From NCBI GenBank assembly GCA_963796055.1, contig CAWCKH010000005.1:188579-252578 (forward strand): DNA of 64,000 nucleotides. Reading direction: 5' to 3'. Below the pieces are notes generated by a model. That model worked only from the letters and a program-made list of their open reading frames with translations, was not told the DNA's origin and searched no databases. Numbering within the stretch: position 1 is the first letter of the stretch; each line of letters begins with the position of its first letter. Positions 1 to 10,228 of the stretch are shown here, piece after piece. Source of the DNA: an uncultured delta proteobacterium. GTDB lineage: Bacteria > Myxococcota > Myxococcia > Myxococcales > Myxococcaceae. Both the position numbers and the translations under genes were made by a program.

Positions 1-1071
1 GCCGCCATGGTAGGCCCGCGTCCAGCCACCGGCCGCGTTCCCGCTGTAGACGAAGCCGTCCGGAATCGCCCAGTCGAACGCCACGAACGGGCCGATGACC
101 CCGAAGCGCATCGACACCAGCGCATCGAGCTGCTTCTTGGAGAGGTTGCTGTCGGAGCCTGCCCAGATCCGCCAGGCCGCGATGTCAACGCTGAGCTCGA
201 GGTCGTCGCTGAACGGAATGTCGGCGAAGACGTCGAAGGCGAAGGTCGTCCAGCTCGTCATGCCGGTCGGTACCGCGGTCCCGCCGGCGGCGCTGGTGTA
301 CCCGGTCGTCCGGACTGAGTTGGTCTGGAAGTCACCCAGCACGCCGATGCTGACGATCGGGGACTTGGCGAAGCAGACCTGGCAGAACGCGTAGCCGTCC
401 TCCTTGCCCGCGATGTTGAAGCGCAGAGTTCCAGCGAACCGCGGCGCGTCGCCCGGGTTGATTCCCTCCGCGGCGGGGGTGGTCGCGATCGTCTGCTCTC
501 CATTGAAGACGCCGAGGCGGTAGTAGAGCCGGTCGTCCAGGAGGAGCCCGCGGAGCTCGACGCCCACATCGCGGGTGCCCCGCTGGCTGTTCGGCGCGTA
601 GGCGGTCGGGAAGAGGCTCACGCTCGCGAACTTCGCACCCGAGGTCAGCGGGTTGTGCAGGTTCGGGAGGAGCATCAGGCCGGCGTCGATGAGCAGCGCC
701 TTGCTGACCTTGTAGGTGGCCAGCGCATCGAGGAGGTAGAGGTTGTTGTTCCAGGAGACGCCGTCGGCGTTGGCCCCCGTCGGCGGGCCACCCTTCACCA
801 CCGCGCCGTAGCTGATGTCGGTTTCGATGAAGAACCCGATGTTTTCGTTGAACTGGCCACCGAGCAGGATGCGCGCCCGCCGGAGCAGAAAGTCGTTCGA
901 CGGGTCGCTCCCCGAGCCGGCCCCGTCCTGCGTGATGCGGTACTGCGCCTGAATCAGGGCACCGACGTCGACGAAGCCCTTCTCGCTGAACGAGATCTTC
1001 GCAGCGTTCGCCGTGCCCGCTGCCATCAGGCACAGCACTCCGAGACACGACTTCCAGGTTTGTGACCTCAT
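1..1071 (-). CDS. Outer-membrane porin, OprO/OprP-like (runs off the left edge of the window)
   Basis: Not in the ORF track. Manual translation from ATG 1071 (RBS GGAGAGGGG): MRSQTWKSCLGVLCLMAAGTANAA signal peptide, then KISFSEKGFVDVGALIQAQYR...DFLLRRARILLGGQFNENIGFFIETD, an amphipathic beta-strand pattern with the porin-type RRAR motif. Confidence 0.7.
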   Translation of the reverse strand, partial: MRSQTWKSCLGVLCLMAAGTANAAKISFSEKGFVDVGALIQAQYRITQDGAGSGSDPSNDFLLRRARILLGGQFNENIGFFIETDISYGAVVKGGPPTGANADGVSWNNNLYLLDALATYKVSKALLIDAGLMLLPNLHNPLTSGAKFASVSLFPTAYAPNSQRGTRDVGVELRGLLLDDRLYYRLGVFNGEQTIATTPAAEGINPGDAPRFAGTLRFNIAGKEDGYAFCQVCFAKSPIVSIGVLGDFQTNSVRTTGYTSAAGGTAVPTGMTSWTTFAFDVFADIPFSDDLELSVDIAAWRIWAGSDSNLSKKQLDALVSMRFGVIGPFVAFDWAIPDGFVYSGNAAGGWTRAYHGG

Positions 1072-1158
1072 TCGTCCCCTCTCCACGTGAATGCTGCCCC
1101 AGGGCACACGATGACCTAGCGCCAGTCGGCGACCAACTTTTTTTTGGCCCCGCTGTAG

Positions 1159-1173
1159 GCAATCCACGTTCCA
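1159..1173 (-). promoter_or_regulatory. Putative sigma-54 (-24/-12) promoter of the porin gene
   Basis: Minus strand TGGAACGTGGATTGC = GG-N10-GC with TTGC, about 90 nt upstream of the ATG. Confidence 0.55.
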
Positions 1174-1236
1174 GGGGCCTGCCCCTGCGTAGCTCAAGGA
1201 CTTGCGCGCAGGGGGACCGCTCCCGGCGTGTGGATG

Positions 1237-1263
1237 GGTAACGGAGCGTTACCAACGGTAACG
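1237..1263. promoter_or_regulatory. Triple alternating heptamer, candidate activator binding site
   Basis: GGTAACG-gag-CGTTACC-aac-GGTAACG, 65-90 nt upstream of the sigma-54 motif. Confidence 0.4.
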
Positions 1264-1374
1264 TCCGCGGGCGTTCACTGAGCCTGGAACGTCCGGGAAT
1301 TCCAAGGGATTTGAAACCCGTTGGCGACGGCGGCGTCACCAATCCGTCACCCGATCCGGGCGGCCGGAGACGGA

Positions 1375-1406
1375 GACGGCGGCACGCAGGATCACGTGCC
1401 GCCGTC
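1375..1406 (-). terminator. Hairpin downstream of tRNA-Lys
   Basis: GACGGCGGCACG...CGTGCCGCCGTC 12-bp stem directly 3' of the tRNA; no strong U-tract. Confidence 0.45.
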
Positions 1407-1409
1407 AGT

Positions 1410-1482
1410 TGAGAGCGGAGGGAATCGAACCCACAACCTATGGATTAAGAGTCCATTGCTCTGCCAATTGAGCTACGCTCCC
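1410..1482 (-). tRNA. tRNA-Lys(CTT)
   Basis: GGGAGCGTAGCTCAATTGGCAGAGCAATGGACTCTTAATCCATAGGTTGTGGGTTCGATTCCCTCCGCTCTCA folds as a cloverleaf with anticodon CTT; CCA not encoded. Confidence 0.95.
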
Positions 1483-1644
1483 GCTCGCCTGGCTGCGCGA
1501 GGGTCCGCGCGTATAACCGCCCGTGCTGCCATGAGTCAACGGCTGCGTCCTGGCACCCGACGGCTGCGTGATTGGCCTGTCGCCTCCTCCCGGACCTAGA
1601 CTCGTCACAGGTTGCGTTCGGAGGGGAGTGGTCGGAGGAGTCCC

Positions 1645-2823
1645 GTGGTGGCCAAGTCGCTGGCCGTCGCCGTGGTCCTGGTCCTCGCCTTGGGGTGCGC
1701 CACCCCTGCCGCCAGCCGGCATTCACTCGCCGAGAGCTGGATCGAGGAGGCCCGGGCCACCGACGGCTTGGTGCTCGAATCCCCGCTGACCGTCTCGCCG
1801 CAGGTCCGCTCGCTGGTCCGCGAGAAGGTGGGGTACGCGGGGACCGAGAAGTCCCGTCTCCTCAAGCTGGTGCGCTTCCTGTCCGAGGTGGACGGCCTCG
1901 GCTTCCAGTACCAGACCCAGAGCTCGCTTACCGCCGAGAAGGCCTTCGTCGCCCGCCGCGGCGACTGCATGAGCTACGCCAACCTCTTGGTCGCCCTGGC
2001 GCGGACGCTCGACGTGCCGGTGCGCTTCGTGCGCATCACCCAGCTGCCGGTGACCTGGGAGGCCGGCGGACGGTTCTTCGAGTCGTCGCACATGGCGGTG
2101 GCGCTGGGGCGCAATGCCTCGTGGGACCAGGCGGTGGTGGTCGACTTCGGCAACGTCCACACCTCGCCCTGGCGCTTCGCGCTCTACGACGATGTCTCGG
2201 ACGACGAGGCCTTCGTCCTCTTCCAGAACAACGTGGCGGTGCAGCGGATGCTGGCCGGCGACGTGGGCACCGCCGAGCGCATCCTCCGCATCCTGCACCA
2301 CCATGCGCCGCGCACTCCGGAGGTCCCCAACAATCTGTCGCTGGTGCTGCTCCAGACCGGGCGGGAGAGGGAGGCGATGGACCTGCTCGAGGTCTCGGTG
2401 GAGCAGTTCCCGCGCTTCCGGCCCCTGTTCGCCAACGCGGTCCACGCGGCGCGCCGGCTGGGAGACGAGGAGCTGGCCAGGACCCTCGAGGTCCGGGGAC
2501 GGGAGCTGCTGGAGGACGAGCCGGCCTGGAACTTCAACGAGGGAATGCGCTCGTACCATGCCCGCGCGTACTCCACCGCCGCGCTGCGCTTCGAGAAGGC
2601 CCTCTCGGCGGACCCGGACAACGTTCGCCTCCTCGCCTGGAGCGCCCGGGCCCACCTCGCCGCGGGCAATCTCCGCCGCGGGCTGGAGCAGGTGGAGCGC
2701 ATCCGCTCCGGCCCACCCTCGGAGGCCCGCTCCCAGCTGCTGGAGGACCTGAGGAACGCCTTCCCGCAGCTCGACTCGCCGGCGCCCCTTCCGCCACCGC
2801 CCGTCGCCGAACGCAAGCCCTGA
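1645..2823 (+). CDS. Transglutaminase-like/TPR lipoprotein
   Basis: Lipobox LALGC, RRGDCMSYANL transglutaminase-like Cys motif, SHM and VDF, helical TPR-like C-terminus; GTG start after GGAGG. Confidence 0.7.
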   Translation: MVAKSLAVAVVLVLALGCATPAASRHSLAESWIEEARATDGLVLESPLTVSPQVRSLVREKVGYAGTEKSRLLKLVRFLSEVDGLGFQYQTQSSLTAEKAFVARRGDCMSYANLLVALARTLDVPVRFVRITQLPVTWEAGGRFFESSHMAVALGRNASWDQAVVVDFGNVHTSPWRFALYDDVSDDEAFVLFQNNVAVQRMLAGDVGTAERILRILHHHAPRTPEVPNNLSLVLLQTGREREAMDLLEVSVEQFPRFRPLFANAVHAARRLGDEELARTLEVRGRELLEDEPAWNFNEGMRSYHARAYSTAALRFEKALSADPDNVRLLAWSARAHLAAGNLRRGLEQVERIRSGPPSEARSQLLEDLRNAFPQLDSPAPLPPPPVAERKP

Positions 2824-2850
2824 GACCCCTCCCCGGGGGAGCCGCCGCCT

Positions 2851-4794
2851 CTACCGCGCCTCCCTCGGAGCGAGGACGCGCTGCACGGCCTCCAGCAGCT
2901 CGAGGTGGGTGAACGGCTTCTGCAGGAAGTTGGTGCCCGGGTCGCGGCGCAGCTCGGGGTCCATCTGGCCCTCGCCGTATCCGCTCACCACCAGGACCCG
3001 CGCCGAAGGATGGCGCTGGTGGATTGTGCGGTAGGCGGCGATGCCGCTGAGGCCCGGCAGCACCGCGTCGAGGATGACCAGGTCCACCGCCACGCCCGCG
3101 AGCAGGGCCAGGGCCGACTCGGCGTCGTCCGCGGTCAGGGCCCGGAATCCGCTCCGCTCCAGCAGCCGCGCCAGGCCCTGGCGGACGGCGGCATCGTCCT
3201 CGACCACCAGCACCGTGCCGCCGGTGCGAGGGGCGGGAGTGCGGGAGCGCCGCTCGGCCTCGAGCGGGAGCCCCTCGATGGCGGGGAGGAGAATCTCGAA
3301 GGTGGATCCCCGGGCCGGCGCGCTCGACACCTCCACCACGCCCTGGTGCTGGCGGACGATGCCGTGCACCACTGCCAGGCCCAGCCCGGTTCCGCGTCCC
3401 GGGGCCTTGGTGGTGAAGAACGGCTCGAAGATGCGCTCCAGAGTGCCGGCAGGGATGCCCGCCCCGGTGTCCTTCACCGAAAGCTCGACCATCCGCTTGC
3501 CGGGCACCGTCCCGTGGCGGGCGGCGAACTCGGCGTCCACCTCGATGTTGCGCGTCCGGACGGTGAGCGTTCCACCCTCGGGCATGGCGTCGCGGGCGTT
3601 CACGCAGAGGTTCATCAGCACCTGCTCGAGCTGCGCCGGGTCGCCGGAGATGGTCCAGAGATCCTCCGCCAGCTCGGTCACCAGCTTCACCGGCTCGCCG
3701 ATGACCCGGCGGAGCAGGCTCTCCACGTCCAGCACCACCTGGTTCACGCTGAGCGAGCGCTGGGCGAGCGGCTGGCGGCGGGCGAAGGCAAGGAGCTGGC
3801 GGACCAGCGCTCCGGCCCGCTGGCATTGCCGCTCGATCTCCGCCAGATCGCTCTGGGCCGAGTGGTCCACCGGGAGGTCGAGGCGCGCCAGCGCCGCCGC
3901 GCTCTGGATGCCGGTGAGGACGTTGTTGAAGTCGTGCGCCACACCCCCGGCGAGCATGCCCACGGTGTCCATCTTCTGGGTGCGCTGCACCTCGGCCTCG
4001 AGGCGCTTGCGCTCGGTGACGTCGCGCACGCTCACCACCAGCCGCTGGTCGCCGCCCGGGACCTCGGCCACCGCCAGCTCGAGGTGGACCATGGTGCCGT
4101 CTCGACGGCGGGCCTCGCTGGAGCGACTCCCCTGCCCCACGTAGCCCTGGAAGCCCGGGGGGAGGATCTCGTCCGCGGGGCGACCCACCACCTCCGAGGC
4201 ATCGACGCCGAAGATGCGCTCGGCGGCGGGGTTCATGCTGACCAGCAGCCCTCCGGCGCTCACGGTGAGGAGCCCGTCTGGCACGTGCTCCATGACCGCC
4301 CGGAGGTCCATCTCGCTCCGGCGCAGCGCCGCATCGGCCCGGCGGCGGGCGGCGCGCTGCGCGGCCTCGGCGCACTCGCGTTCCACCGCCGGCGCGAGGC
4401 GGGCGAGGTTGTCCTTCATGAGGTAGTCGTGCGCGCCGGCCTTCATCGCCGCAACGGCGTGCGCCTCGTCCACCGTGCCGGAGACCAGGATGAAGGGCAC
4501 GTCCAGGCCGCTTCCCTGGAGCCGGCCCAGCGCCTCGAGAGCGTCGAACTGCGGCATCCGGTGGTCGGAGACGATGACGTCCCACGGCGCGGAGAGGAGC
4601 GCCTCCTGGAAGGCCTCGGCAGTGTCCACGCGGTGGAAGCGCACCAGCCGCCCCTCGGTCTGGAGCGCGTGCACGATGAGGGTCGCGTCGGCCTCGGAGT
4701 CCTCGACCAGGAGGACGCGGAGCGCGCTGCGGGTGGAAGCCGGAGAAGGTCTCACGAGGCCGGGATGCGGATCTGAACGCCCCAGGGTGGACAC
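2851..4794 (-). CDS. Hybrid sensor histidine kinase (REC-PAS-HisKA-HATPase-REC)
   Basis: VLLVEDS and SDHRMP receiver, PAS (NPAAERIFG), AHDFNNVL H-box, NARDA, DTGAGI, FFTTK, GTGLGL, C-terminal receiver. Confidence 0.9.
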   Translation of the reverse strand: MSTLGRSDPHPGLVRPSPASTRSALRVLLVEDSEADATLIVHALQTEGRLVRFHRVDTAEAFQEALLSAPWDVIVSDHRMPQFDALEALGRLQGSGLDVPFILVSGTVDEAHAVAAMKAGAHDYLMKDNLARLAPAVERECAEAAQRAARRRADAALRRSEMDLRAVMEHVPDGLLTVSAGGLLVSMNPAAERIFGVDASEVVGRPADEILPPGFQGYVGQGSRSSEARRRDGTMVHLELAVAEVPGGDQRLVVSVRDVTERKRLEAEVQRTQKMDTVGMLAGGVAHDFNNVLTGIQSAAALARLDLPVDHSAQSDLAEIERQCQRAGALVRQLLAFARRQPLAQRSLSVNQVVLDVESLLRRVIGEPVKLVTELAEDLWTISGDPAQLEQVLMNLCVNARDAMPEGGTLTVRTRNIEVDAEFAARHGTVPGKRMVELSVKDTGAGIPAGTLERIFEPFFTTKAPGRGTGLGLAVVHGIVRQHQGVVEVSSAPARGSTFEILLPAIEGLPLEAERRSRTPAPRTGGTVLVVEDDAAVRQGLARLLERSGFRALTADDAESALALLAGVAVDLVILDAVLPGLSGIAAYRTIHQRHPSARVLVVSGYGEGQMDPELRRDPGTNFLQKPFTHLELLEAVQRVLAPREAR

Positions 4795-4868
4795 AACAAG
4801 GTGGCTTCGTTGCGCAGGCGAGGCGCCGCTGTGTGCGCGCCGAAGGCAACGTGGTACGTGCGGTGTCG

Positions 4869-6236
4869 ATGCAGACCTGGGACGCGCTGGTCGTCGGCTC
4901 CGGTCAAGCGGGCGTTCCGCTGGCGGTCGCGCTCGCCCGCGCAGGGCGGCGGACGGCGATCGTCGAGCGGGCCGAGGTGGGCGGAACCTGCATCAACGTC
5001 GGGTGCACCCCGACCAAGACACTGGTGGCCAGCGCCCGCGCGGCAACTCTGGCCACCCGCGCCGCCGAGTACGGGATCGACACCGGCCCGGTGCACGCCC
5101 GCTGGCCGGCGGTGCGCGAGCGCGAGCAGGGCGTCGTTCGGCAGTTCCGGGCGGGAAGTGAGCGGCGGCTGCGCGAGGCCGGCGTCACCCTGCTGCGGGG
5201 CGAGGCCCGCTTCGTGGGGCAGCGCCGGCTCGTCGTCACCGGAGCGGACGGCGCCTTGGAGGAGCACCGGGCACCGGTGGTGGTGCTCGACACCGGAGTG
5301 CGCCCCCGCCGGCCCGAGCTGCCGGGGCTGGACTCGGTCCCGGCGCTCGACTCCTCCTCAATCCTCACCGTGCCCGAGCTCCCCCGACGGCTCCTGATGC
5401 TCGGGGGCGGCTACATCGCGCTCGAGCTTGGGCAGGTGTTCCGCCGTCTCGGCGCGGAAGTGACGGTGGTGGAGATGGCGCCACGGCTCGCTTCGCGCGA
5501 GGACGAGGACATCTCGCAGACGCTGGCCGAGGTGCTGGGCGCCGAGGGCATCGCCCTCCACCTCGGCGTCCGCGCGACGGGGGTCGCGGAATCCTCCGGC
5601 GGCATCCGGCTGGAGCTCGCGGGGGGGCCGACGCTGGCGGGGACGCATCTGCTGGTCGCGGTGGGCAGGACGCCGAACTCGGACGCGCTGGACTGCCCGG
5701 CGGGCGGCGTCGCGCTCGACGAGCGCGGCTTCATCCGGGTGGACGATCGGCTCCGGACGTCGGCAGAGGGCGTGTACGCCACCGGCGACGTCACCGGCGC
5801 GCCACAGTTCACCCACGTCTCGTACGACGACTTCCGGGTCCTCCGCGCCGAGCTGCTGGGCGGGGCGCCCCGGTCCCCGGTGGGACGGCTGATCCCCTAC
5901 ACCCTGTTCACCGATCCGCAGCTCGGCCGGGTGGGCCTCACCGAGGCCGAGGCGCGGGCCCGTGGGCTACCGATCCGGGTGGCGAAGCTGCCGATGAGCA
6001 GCGTCGCACGGGCCATCGAGTCGGGCGAGACGCGAGGGGTGCTGCGGGCGGTGGTGCACCAGGAGACCGATCGCATCCTGGGGTTCGCCGCGCTCGGGTT
6101 CGAGGGTGGCGAGCTGGCCTCGGTGGTGCACGTCGCCATGCTCGGGGACCTGCCCTGGACCGTCCTCCGCGACGGCATCTTTCCCCACCCCGGCCTGGCC
6201 GAATCGCTGAACAACCTCTTCGATTCCTGGGTCTAG
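4869..6236 (+). CDS. Pyridine nucleotide-disulfide oxidoreductase (mercuric reductase/RclA-like)
   Basis: GSGQAG FAD motif, GGTCINVGCTPTK redox disulfide, GGGYIALE, C-terminal HPGLAE; lacks the MerA C-terminal Cys pair. Confidence 0.85.
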   Translation: MQTWDALVVGSGQAGVPLAVALARAGRRTAIVERAEVGGTCINVGCTPTKTLVASARAATLATRAAEYGIDTGPVHARWPAVREREQGVVRQFRAGSERRLREAGVTLLRGEARFVGQRRLVVTGADGALEEHRAPVVVLDTGVRPRRPELPGLDSVPALDSSSILTVPELPRRLLMLGGGYIALELGQVFRRLGAEVTVVEMAPRLASREDEDISQTLAEVLGAEGIALHLGVRATGVAESSGGIRLELAGGPTLAGTHLLVAVGRTPNSDALDCPAGGVALDERGFIRVDDRLRTSAEGVYATGDVTGAPQFTHVSYDDFRVLRAELLGGAPRSPVGRLIPYTLFTDPQLGRVGLTEAEARARGLPIRVAKLPMSSVARAIESGETRGVLRAVVHQETDRILGFAALGFEGGELASVVHVAMLGDLPWTVLRDGIFPHPGLAESLNNLFDSWV

Positions 6237-7666
6237 AGGGGGCGGTAGTCCTCGCAGCGCCAGGCGCGGAAGCGGCGGACGATGCGCTCCCCCCGGCGGA
6301 CGAGCAGTGGCGGCTCCTCCACCACCCGGCCACAGCGCGCGAGCAGAGACGACGGGGGCCGGCCGGAGGGTGCGTCGTCGAAGCGGCGCGGATCCGAGTC
6401 GAGGAAGAGACCGGTGCGACCGGCCAGGCCCCGGACGTCGACACCCACGAAGTCGAACTGGAGCGCCGGCTCCCCCAGGAGATTTCGTCCGTAGGCCTCG
6501 ATGCTCCCGTCGAGCAGCAGCTCGGCGGTGGTCTTGTAGTCGTCGGCGGAGAAGGCGAACTCCGAGCGCCCGAGCCGGGCCCGCGTCTGCTCCCGGACAG
6601 AGCGCCATCCCACCCAGGTGTCGTCGCCGAGCCGGACCGGATAGGCGAACAGCTCCACCAGCACCAGCGCGTGCACCAGCGCCGAGGCGACGACGTTCCA
6701 GCGCAGCAGCAGCGGACCGGACCGCCGCGCCGCCCACAGCGTCCCGGCGATCCACAGGGGAAAGGGCCAGTTGGGCTTCACCACCGCGCCGAGGCTGACC
6801 AGGAGAAGAACCATCGCGGGCACGAGCGAGAAGACGGCGAGGAACAGCTCCTCTGGCTCGAGCGTCCGCCGCAGCATCCCCGGCACGGCCCGGAGGGCCG
6901 CGCGCCCCCACGCCACCAGCAGCGGCGGAAGCACCAGCACCAGCTGCGAGCCCACCAGCCCGAGCAGGTTCCACGGCGACAGCCCGCGGGCGTGCTCCAC
7001 CCGCCCTGCGGTCTGGTAGAGGAACGAGGCCCAGTCGTGCTCGGCGTTCCAGATCCACACCGGGGCCGTGGTGAATGCCGCGAGCAGCAAGCCGAGCCAT
7101 GGCCAGGGCGAGGCCAGCGCCCGGCGTCCCCGCGGAAGCGCGAGCAGCAGCAGACCCGCGCCGAGGAAGAGGAACGCCGCGCTGTACTTGGCATCGAACG
7201 CCAGCCCCGCGCACAGCCCGGCGGGCAGCCACGCCCTCGGGCGTCCGTCGAGGAGCGCCTCGGCCAGAAAGCAGAGCGTCCACGTCCAGGCCGCGACCAG
7301 CGGCCCATCGGGCAGCGCCACCACGCTCAGGATGCTGAACGCCCCGGTGGTGGCCAGCAGCAGCACCGCCCGGCCGGGCGCCCCGGGCACCAGGCGGCGC
7401 GCGAGCCGGATCATCCCCACCAGCGTGACCGCGGAGAAGGCGAGCGGGACGAGGCGGACCAGCACCGGCGGGGGGGGATGGAGCTGCGCGACTGGTGCCA
7501 GCGCCCAGGCGAGGGCTCCCGGGTGGTCGAAGTAGGAGAGCGCCGGATGGCGGGCGTAAAAGAGGTAGTACGCCTCCTGCGGTACCAGCTCGAACAGCGC
7601 GCCGACGAGGAGCCGCAGCAGCTGGAGCACGAGGAGCACCCGCACCCAGGACCAGGTGCGGCTCAC
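6233..7666 (-). CDS. ArnT/PMT-like membrane glycosyltransferase (GT-C fold)
   Basis: EAYY...LSYFDHPG, AKYSA, WNAEHDWASF motifs and many TM segments; GTG start after GAGG. Confidence 0.8.
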   Translation of the reverse strand: MSRTWSWVRVLLVLQLLRLLVGALFELVPQEAYYLFYARHPALSYFDHPGALAWALAPVAQLHPPPPVLVRLVPLAFSAVTLVGMIRLARRLVPGAPGRAVLLLATTGAFSILSVVALPDGPLVAAWTWTLCFLAEALLDGRPRAWLPAGLCAGLAFDAKYSAAFLFLGAGLLLLALPRGRRALASPWPWLGLLLAAFTTAPVWIWNAEHDWASFLYQTAGRVEHARGLSPWNLLGLVGSQLVLVLPPLLVAWGRAALRAVPGMLRRTLEPEELFLAVFSLVPAMVLLLVSLGAVVKPNWPFPLWIAGTLWAARRSGPLLLRWNVVASALVHALVLVELFAYPVRLGDDTWVGWRSVREQTRARLGRSEFAFSADDYKTTAELLLDGSIEAYGRNLLGEPALQFDFVGVDVRGLAGRTGLFLDSDPRRFDDAPSGRPPSSLLARCGRVVEEPPLLVRRGERIVRRFRAWRCEDYRPL

Positions 7667-7890
7667 GCCCGTTCCTCGCTTTCTTCGGGCGATTCGCTGC
7701 ACGGGGGTGCAACGGGTGCAGCGAGCGGTGTCCCGCACGCAGCGAGCACTGTGCCGGCACCATTGTCACAGTTCTGTGGTTGCCGTGTCTGAAAGTGGGA
7801 CGCAATCAACCGACCGGCCGCTCCGTACGAGCAGCCGGAAGGGGCCACTGCGGTGGGCTCGTCCGCGTTCACTTTCCTCTGGGAGATACC

Positions 7891-8301
7891 GTGAAGCCAG
7901 TCATCGCAGCACTCGTGTTCCTCGGCGCCGTCGCCTGCGCCACCTCCGGTTCCGGCGTCGATCCGCGACTGGAGTACACCTACAACAGCTCCGTGACCGG
8001 GGTGATCGTCGTCCCGGACGCCACCGCCGGCTCGGACGTGTGCAGCAATCTCTCGGTGATGGCGACGGTGGGCGAACAGCAGGTGGGCCGCCCGTCGCTC
8101 CACTCGAGCAAGGGCCGCTGCTCGTACCAGATCGACAACCTGCCCTCGGACAAGGAGGTGACGGTCAAGGTGCAGCCGGCCGCCGACCTCAAGTGCCAGG
8201 ACGGCTCGCCGATGGCCTTCGTCTCGGACATCCAGGGCCCGGTAAAGCTCGAGCCGTCGCAGGGCAAGCTCCAGGACTTCCGCGCCCAGTGCGGCGCGTA
8301 G
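7891..8301 (+). CDS. Hypothetical lipoprotein
   Basis: GTG start after GGAG; MKPVIAALVFLGAVAC lipobox; strong GC3 bias; four further Cys. Confidence 0.7.
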   Translation: MKPVIAALVFLGAVACATSGSGVDPRLEYTYNSSVTGVIVVPDATAGSDVCSNLSVMATVGEQQVGRPSLHSSKGRCSYQIDNLPSDKEVTVKVQPAADLKCQDGSPMAFVSDIQGPVKLEPSQGKLQDFRAQCGA

Positions 8302-8735
8302 TTCCCGAGGGGACAACGTTCACCGGAGGTCAGCAGCGGGTCGGCGCGTGGCGGACTCCCGCGCGCCGTCCTCGTTTGCGGGCCTGACCGCGGGCTCATG
8401 CCCGAGCCCCTTCCGGTGACCGCGCCGGTCTGCTCGCCGGGCGTGGACGGAGAGCTGGTGGGCGAGACGCCCGCCGAGAGCTGACCGTGCTCCCCGCACC
8501 GCGAACCTCCCAGCCTGAGCCGGCGCCCACTCCCGACCGGCGAGGCTGTATGCACGTATCCTGCTCGGTGAGTCGCTGCGAAGTCGCGTCGCCGCCGTCG
8601 AGCATCCGCATGCGGAAACCTCGGACTGAGGTGGCTGGCCCCTGGGGGACGCCCTGCGCCGAGTCGAAGCCTCTGGGACCGCGCTCGCCGAGCTCGAAAA
8701 CGCGCGGACGCCGGCCGGTCGTTCCAAAAAAAAAC

Positions 8736-8792
8736 AACTTGCTTCCTGCACGCAAGTATTTTCGAGAACTGTTTGCATGCAGGAAGCAAGTT
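8736..8792. repeat. AT-rich long inverted repeat in an intergenic region
   Basis: AACTTGCTTCCTGCACGCAA / TTGCATGCAGGAAGCAAGTT, 19 of 20 positions complementary, flanked by A and T tracts. Confidence 0.8.
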
Positions 8793-9042
8793 TCGATTTT
8801 TGAACCTGCCCCTGGTTCACTCGTCCCGCCCGGGATCGGTGTGTCTCCCGAATTCCCCCCGCGACAACCTGGCACCCCTCGAAGTGAGGCCAGCGTCGTC
8901 CCGGCACCCTCACCCCAACCGGCTGCGAAACCTCGCCTCTTCTCAGGGCAGCCGTTCCGGTGCGGACCGGCCACGTCGACCGGTGCACGCCGGCAGCTCG
9001 ACCGTGCGCCGAGACGGCTCAGCCTCCGGTACCCTTTCTGCC

Positions 9043-9441
9043 GTGCGCCCCCTACCCTTCGCCGCCGCTGTCGCTGCTTGCCTTCTCCTCGTCGATGCCC
9101 CCGTCGGTGGCCAGCCGGCACCCCCTCCGAAGGACGCGGGGCAGCTGATGCTGACCGTCTTCCTCCGGCACGATCAGTCCAGGACGCTGGGGGAGATCCG
9201 CGCCCAGCTGGAGAAGCAGGGCTACTTCCAGAAGTTCCCGCCGGCCGGCACCGAGGTCGTCTCCTGGTACGTGATGATGGGCGTGGGTCAGGTGGTGACC
9301 CTGCGCTTTCCGGCCGAGCGGCTGCGTGAGGTGAACGTGGCGCTGGAGCAGAGCGCCTGGGGCGCGTTCCGCACCGAGTTCTACCCGACGTACGACTACA
9401 AGCCGATCGCCGAGGCCGAGCGGAAGAAGGCGCGCCCCTGA
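9043..9441 (+). CDS. Conserved hypothetical exported protein
   Basis: Signal-like N-terminus, then LTVFLRHDQS...FPPAGTEVVSWYVMMGVGQVVTLR...AWGAFRTEFYPTYD with coding-like codon usage. Confidence 0.7.
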   Translation: MRPLPFAAAVAACLLLVDAPVGGQPAPPPKDAGQLMLTVFLRHDQSRTLGEIRAQLEKQGYFQKFPPAGTEVVSWYVMMGVGQVVTLRFPAERLREVNVALEQSAWGAFRTEFYPTYDYKPIAEAERKKARP

Positions 9442-9442
9442 C

Positions 9443-10228
9443 CTACCGCTCGAGCAGCCACCAGCGCCGGCGCATTGGCCGCGCCGAGCTGAGCCCGAAC
9501 CTGTGCAGGGCCACGTCGCGGACGTACTCCGCGGCCTCCTCGGGCGAGTCGGTGAGCAGGAAGCGATCGACGTCGGCCGCGTCGATGGTCCGCGCCGGCA
9601 CCAGCCGCTCGCGGAGAAACTCCACCAGGGGACGCCAGTACTCGACGCCCAGCAGCACCAGGGGGAAGTCCCGCATCTTCCCGGTCTGCACCAGCACCGC
9701 CACCTCGAACAGCTCGTCGAGGGTGCCCAGACCGCCCGGAGCGGCGACGAAGGCGTAGGAGTACTTCGCCAGTACCACCTTGCGGACGAAGAACGAGCGG
9801 GTCTCCACCCAGCGGTCCAGGTAGGCGTTGGGCTTCTGCTCCACCGGGAGCACGATGTTGCACCCCACCGAGACGCCCCCGGCCTCCTTCGCGCCACGGT
9901 TGGCGGCCTCCATCAGCCCCGGGCCGCCACCGGTCATCACGGTGAATCCGACCCGGGCGAGCGCCGCTCCCATCCTCAGCGAGAGCGCGTAGGCCGGATG
10001 CCCCTCCGCGTAGCGTGCCGAGCCGAAGACCGTCACGCAGGGGCCCAGGAAGTGCAGCTGCCGGAAGCACTTCAGGAACTCGCCCGCGGTGCGGAGCACC
10101 CACAGCAGCTCGAGCGGGCGGTTGCGCGGCCCTTCGAGGAACGCGTTCTCCGCGGTCCGTGGCGGGGCCTTGCCCCAGTCCTCGGCACCCCGCTCCGCTG
10201 GCCGCGCGACCAGCTCGGTGGAGGTCAC
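9443..10228 (-). CDS. LOG family protein (TIGR00730-like)
   Basis: VTVFGSAR, TGGGPGLMEAANRGA, FFVRK and PGGLGTLDE motifs. Confidence 0.9.
   Translation of the reverse strand: MTSTELVARPAERGAEDWGKAPPRTAENAFLEGPRNRPLELLWVLRTAGEFLKCFRQLHFLGPCVTVFGSARYAEGHPAYALSLRMGAALARVGFTVMTGGGPGLMEAANRGAKEAGGVSVGCNIVLPVEQKPNAYLDRWVETRSFFVRKVVLAKYSYAFVAAPGGLGTLDELFEVAVLVQTGKMRDFPLVLLGVEYWRPLVEFLRERLVPARTIDAADVDRFLLTDSPEEAAEYVRDVALHRFGLSSARPMRRRWWLLER

Noticed and set aside
4869..6236. merA mercury resistance gene
   Set aside because: No C-terminal Cys pair, no N-terminal metal-binding domain and no mer operon.
8736..8792. Retron msr/msd or dif site
   Set aside because: No reverse transcriptase in the window; arm length and spacing do not fit an 11-6-11 dif site.
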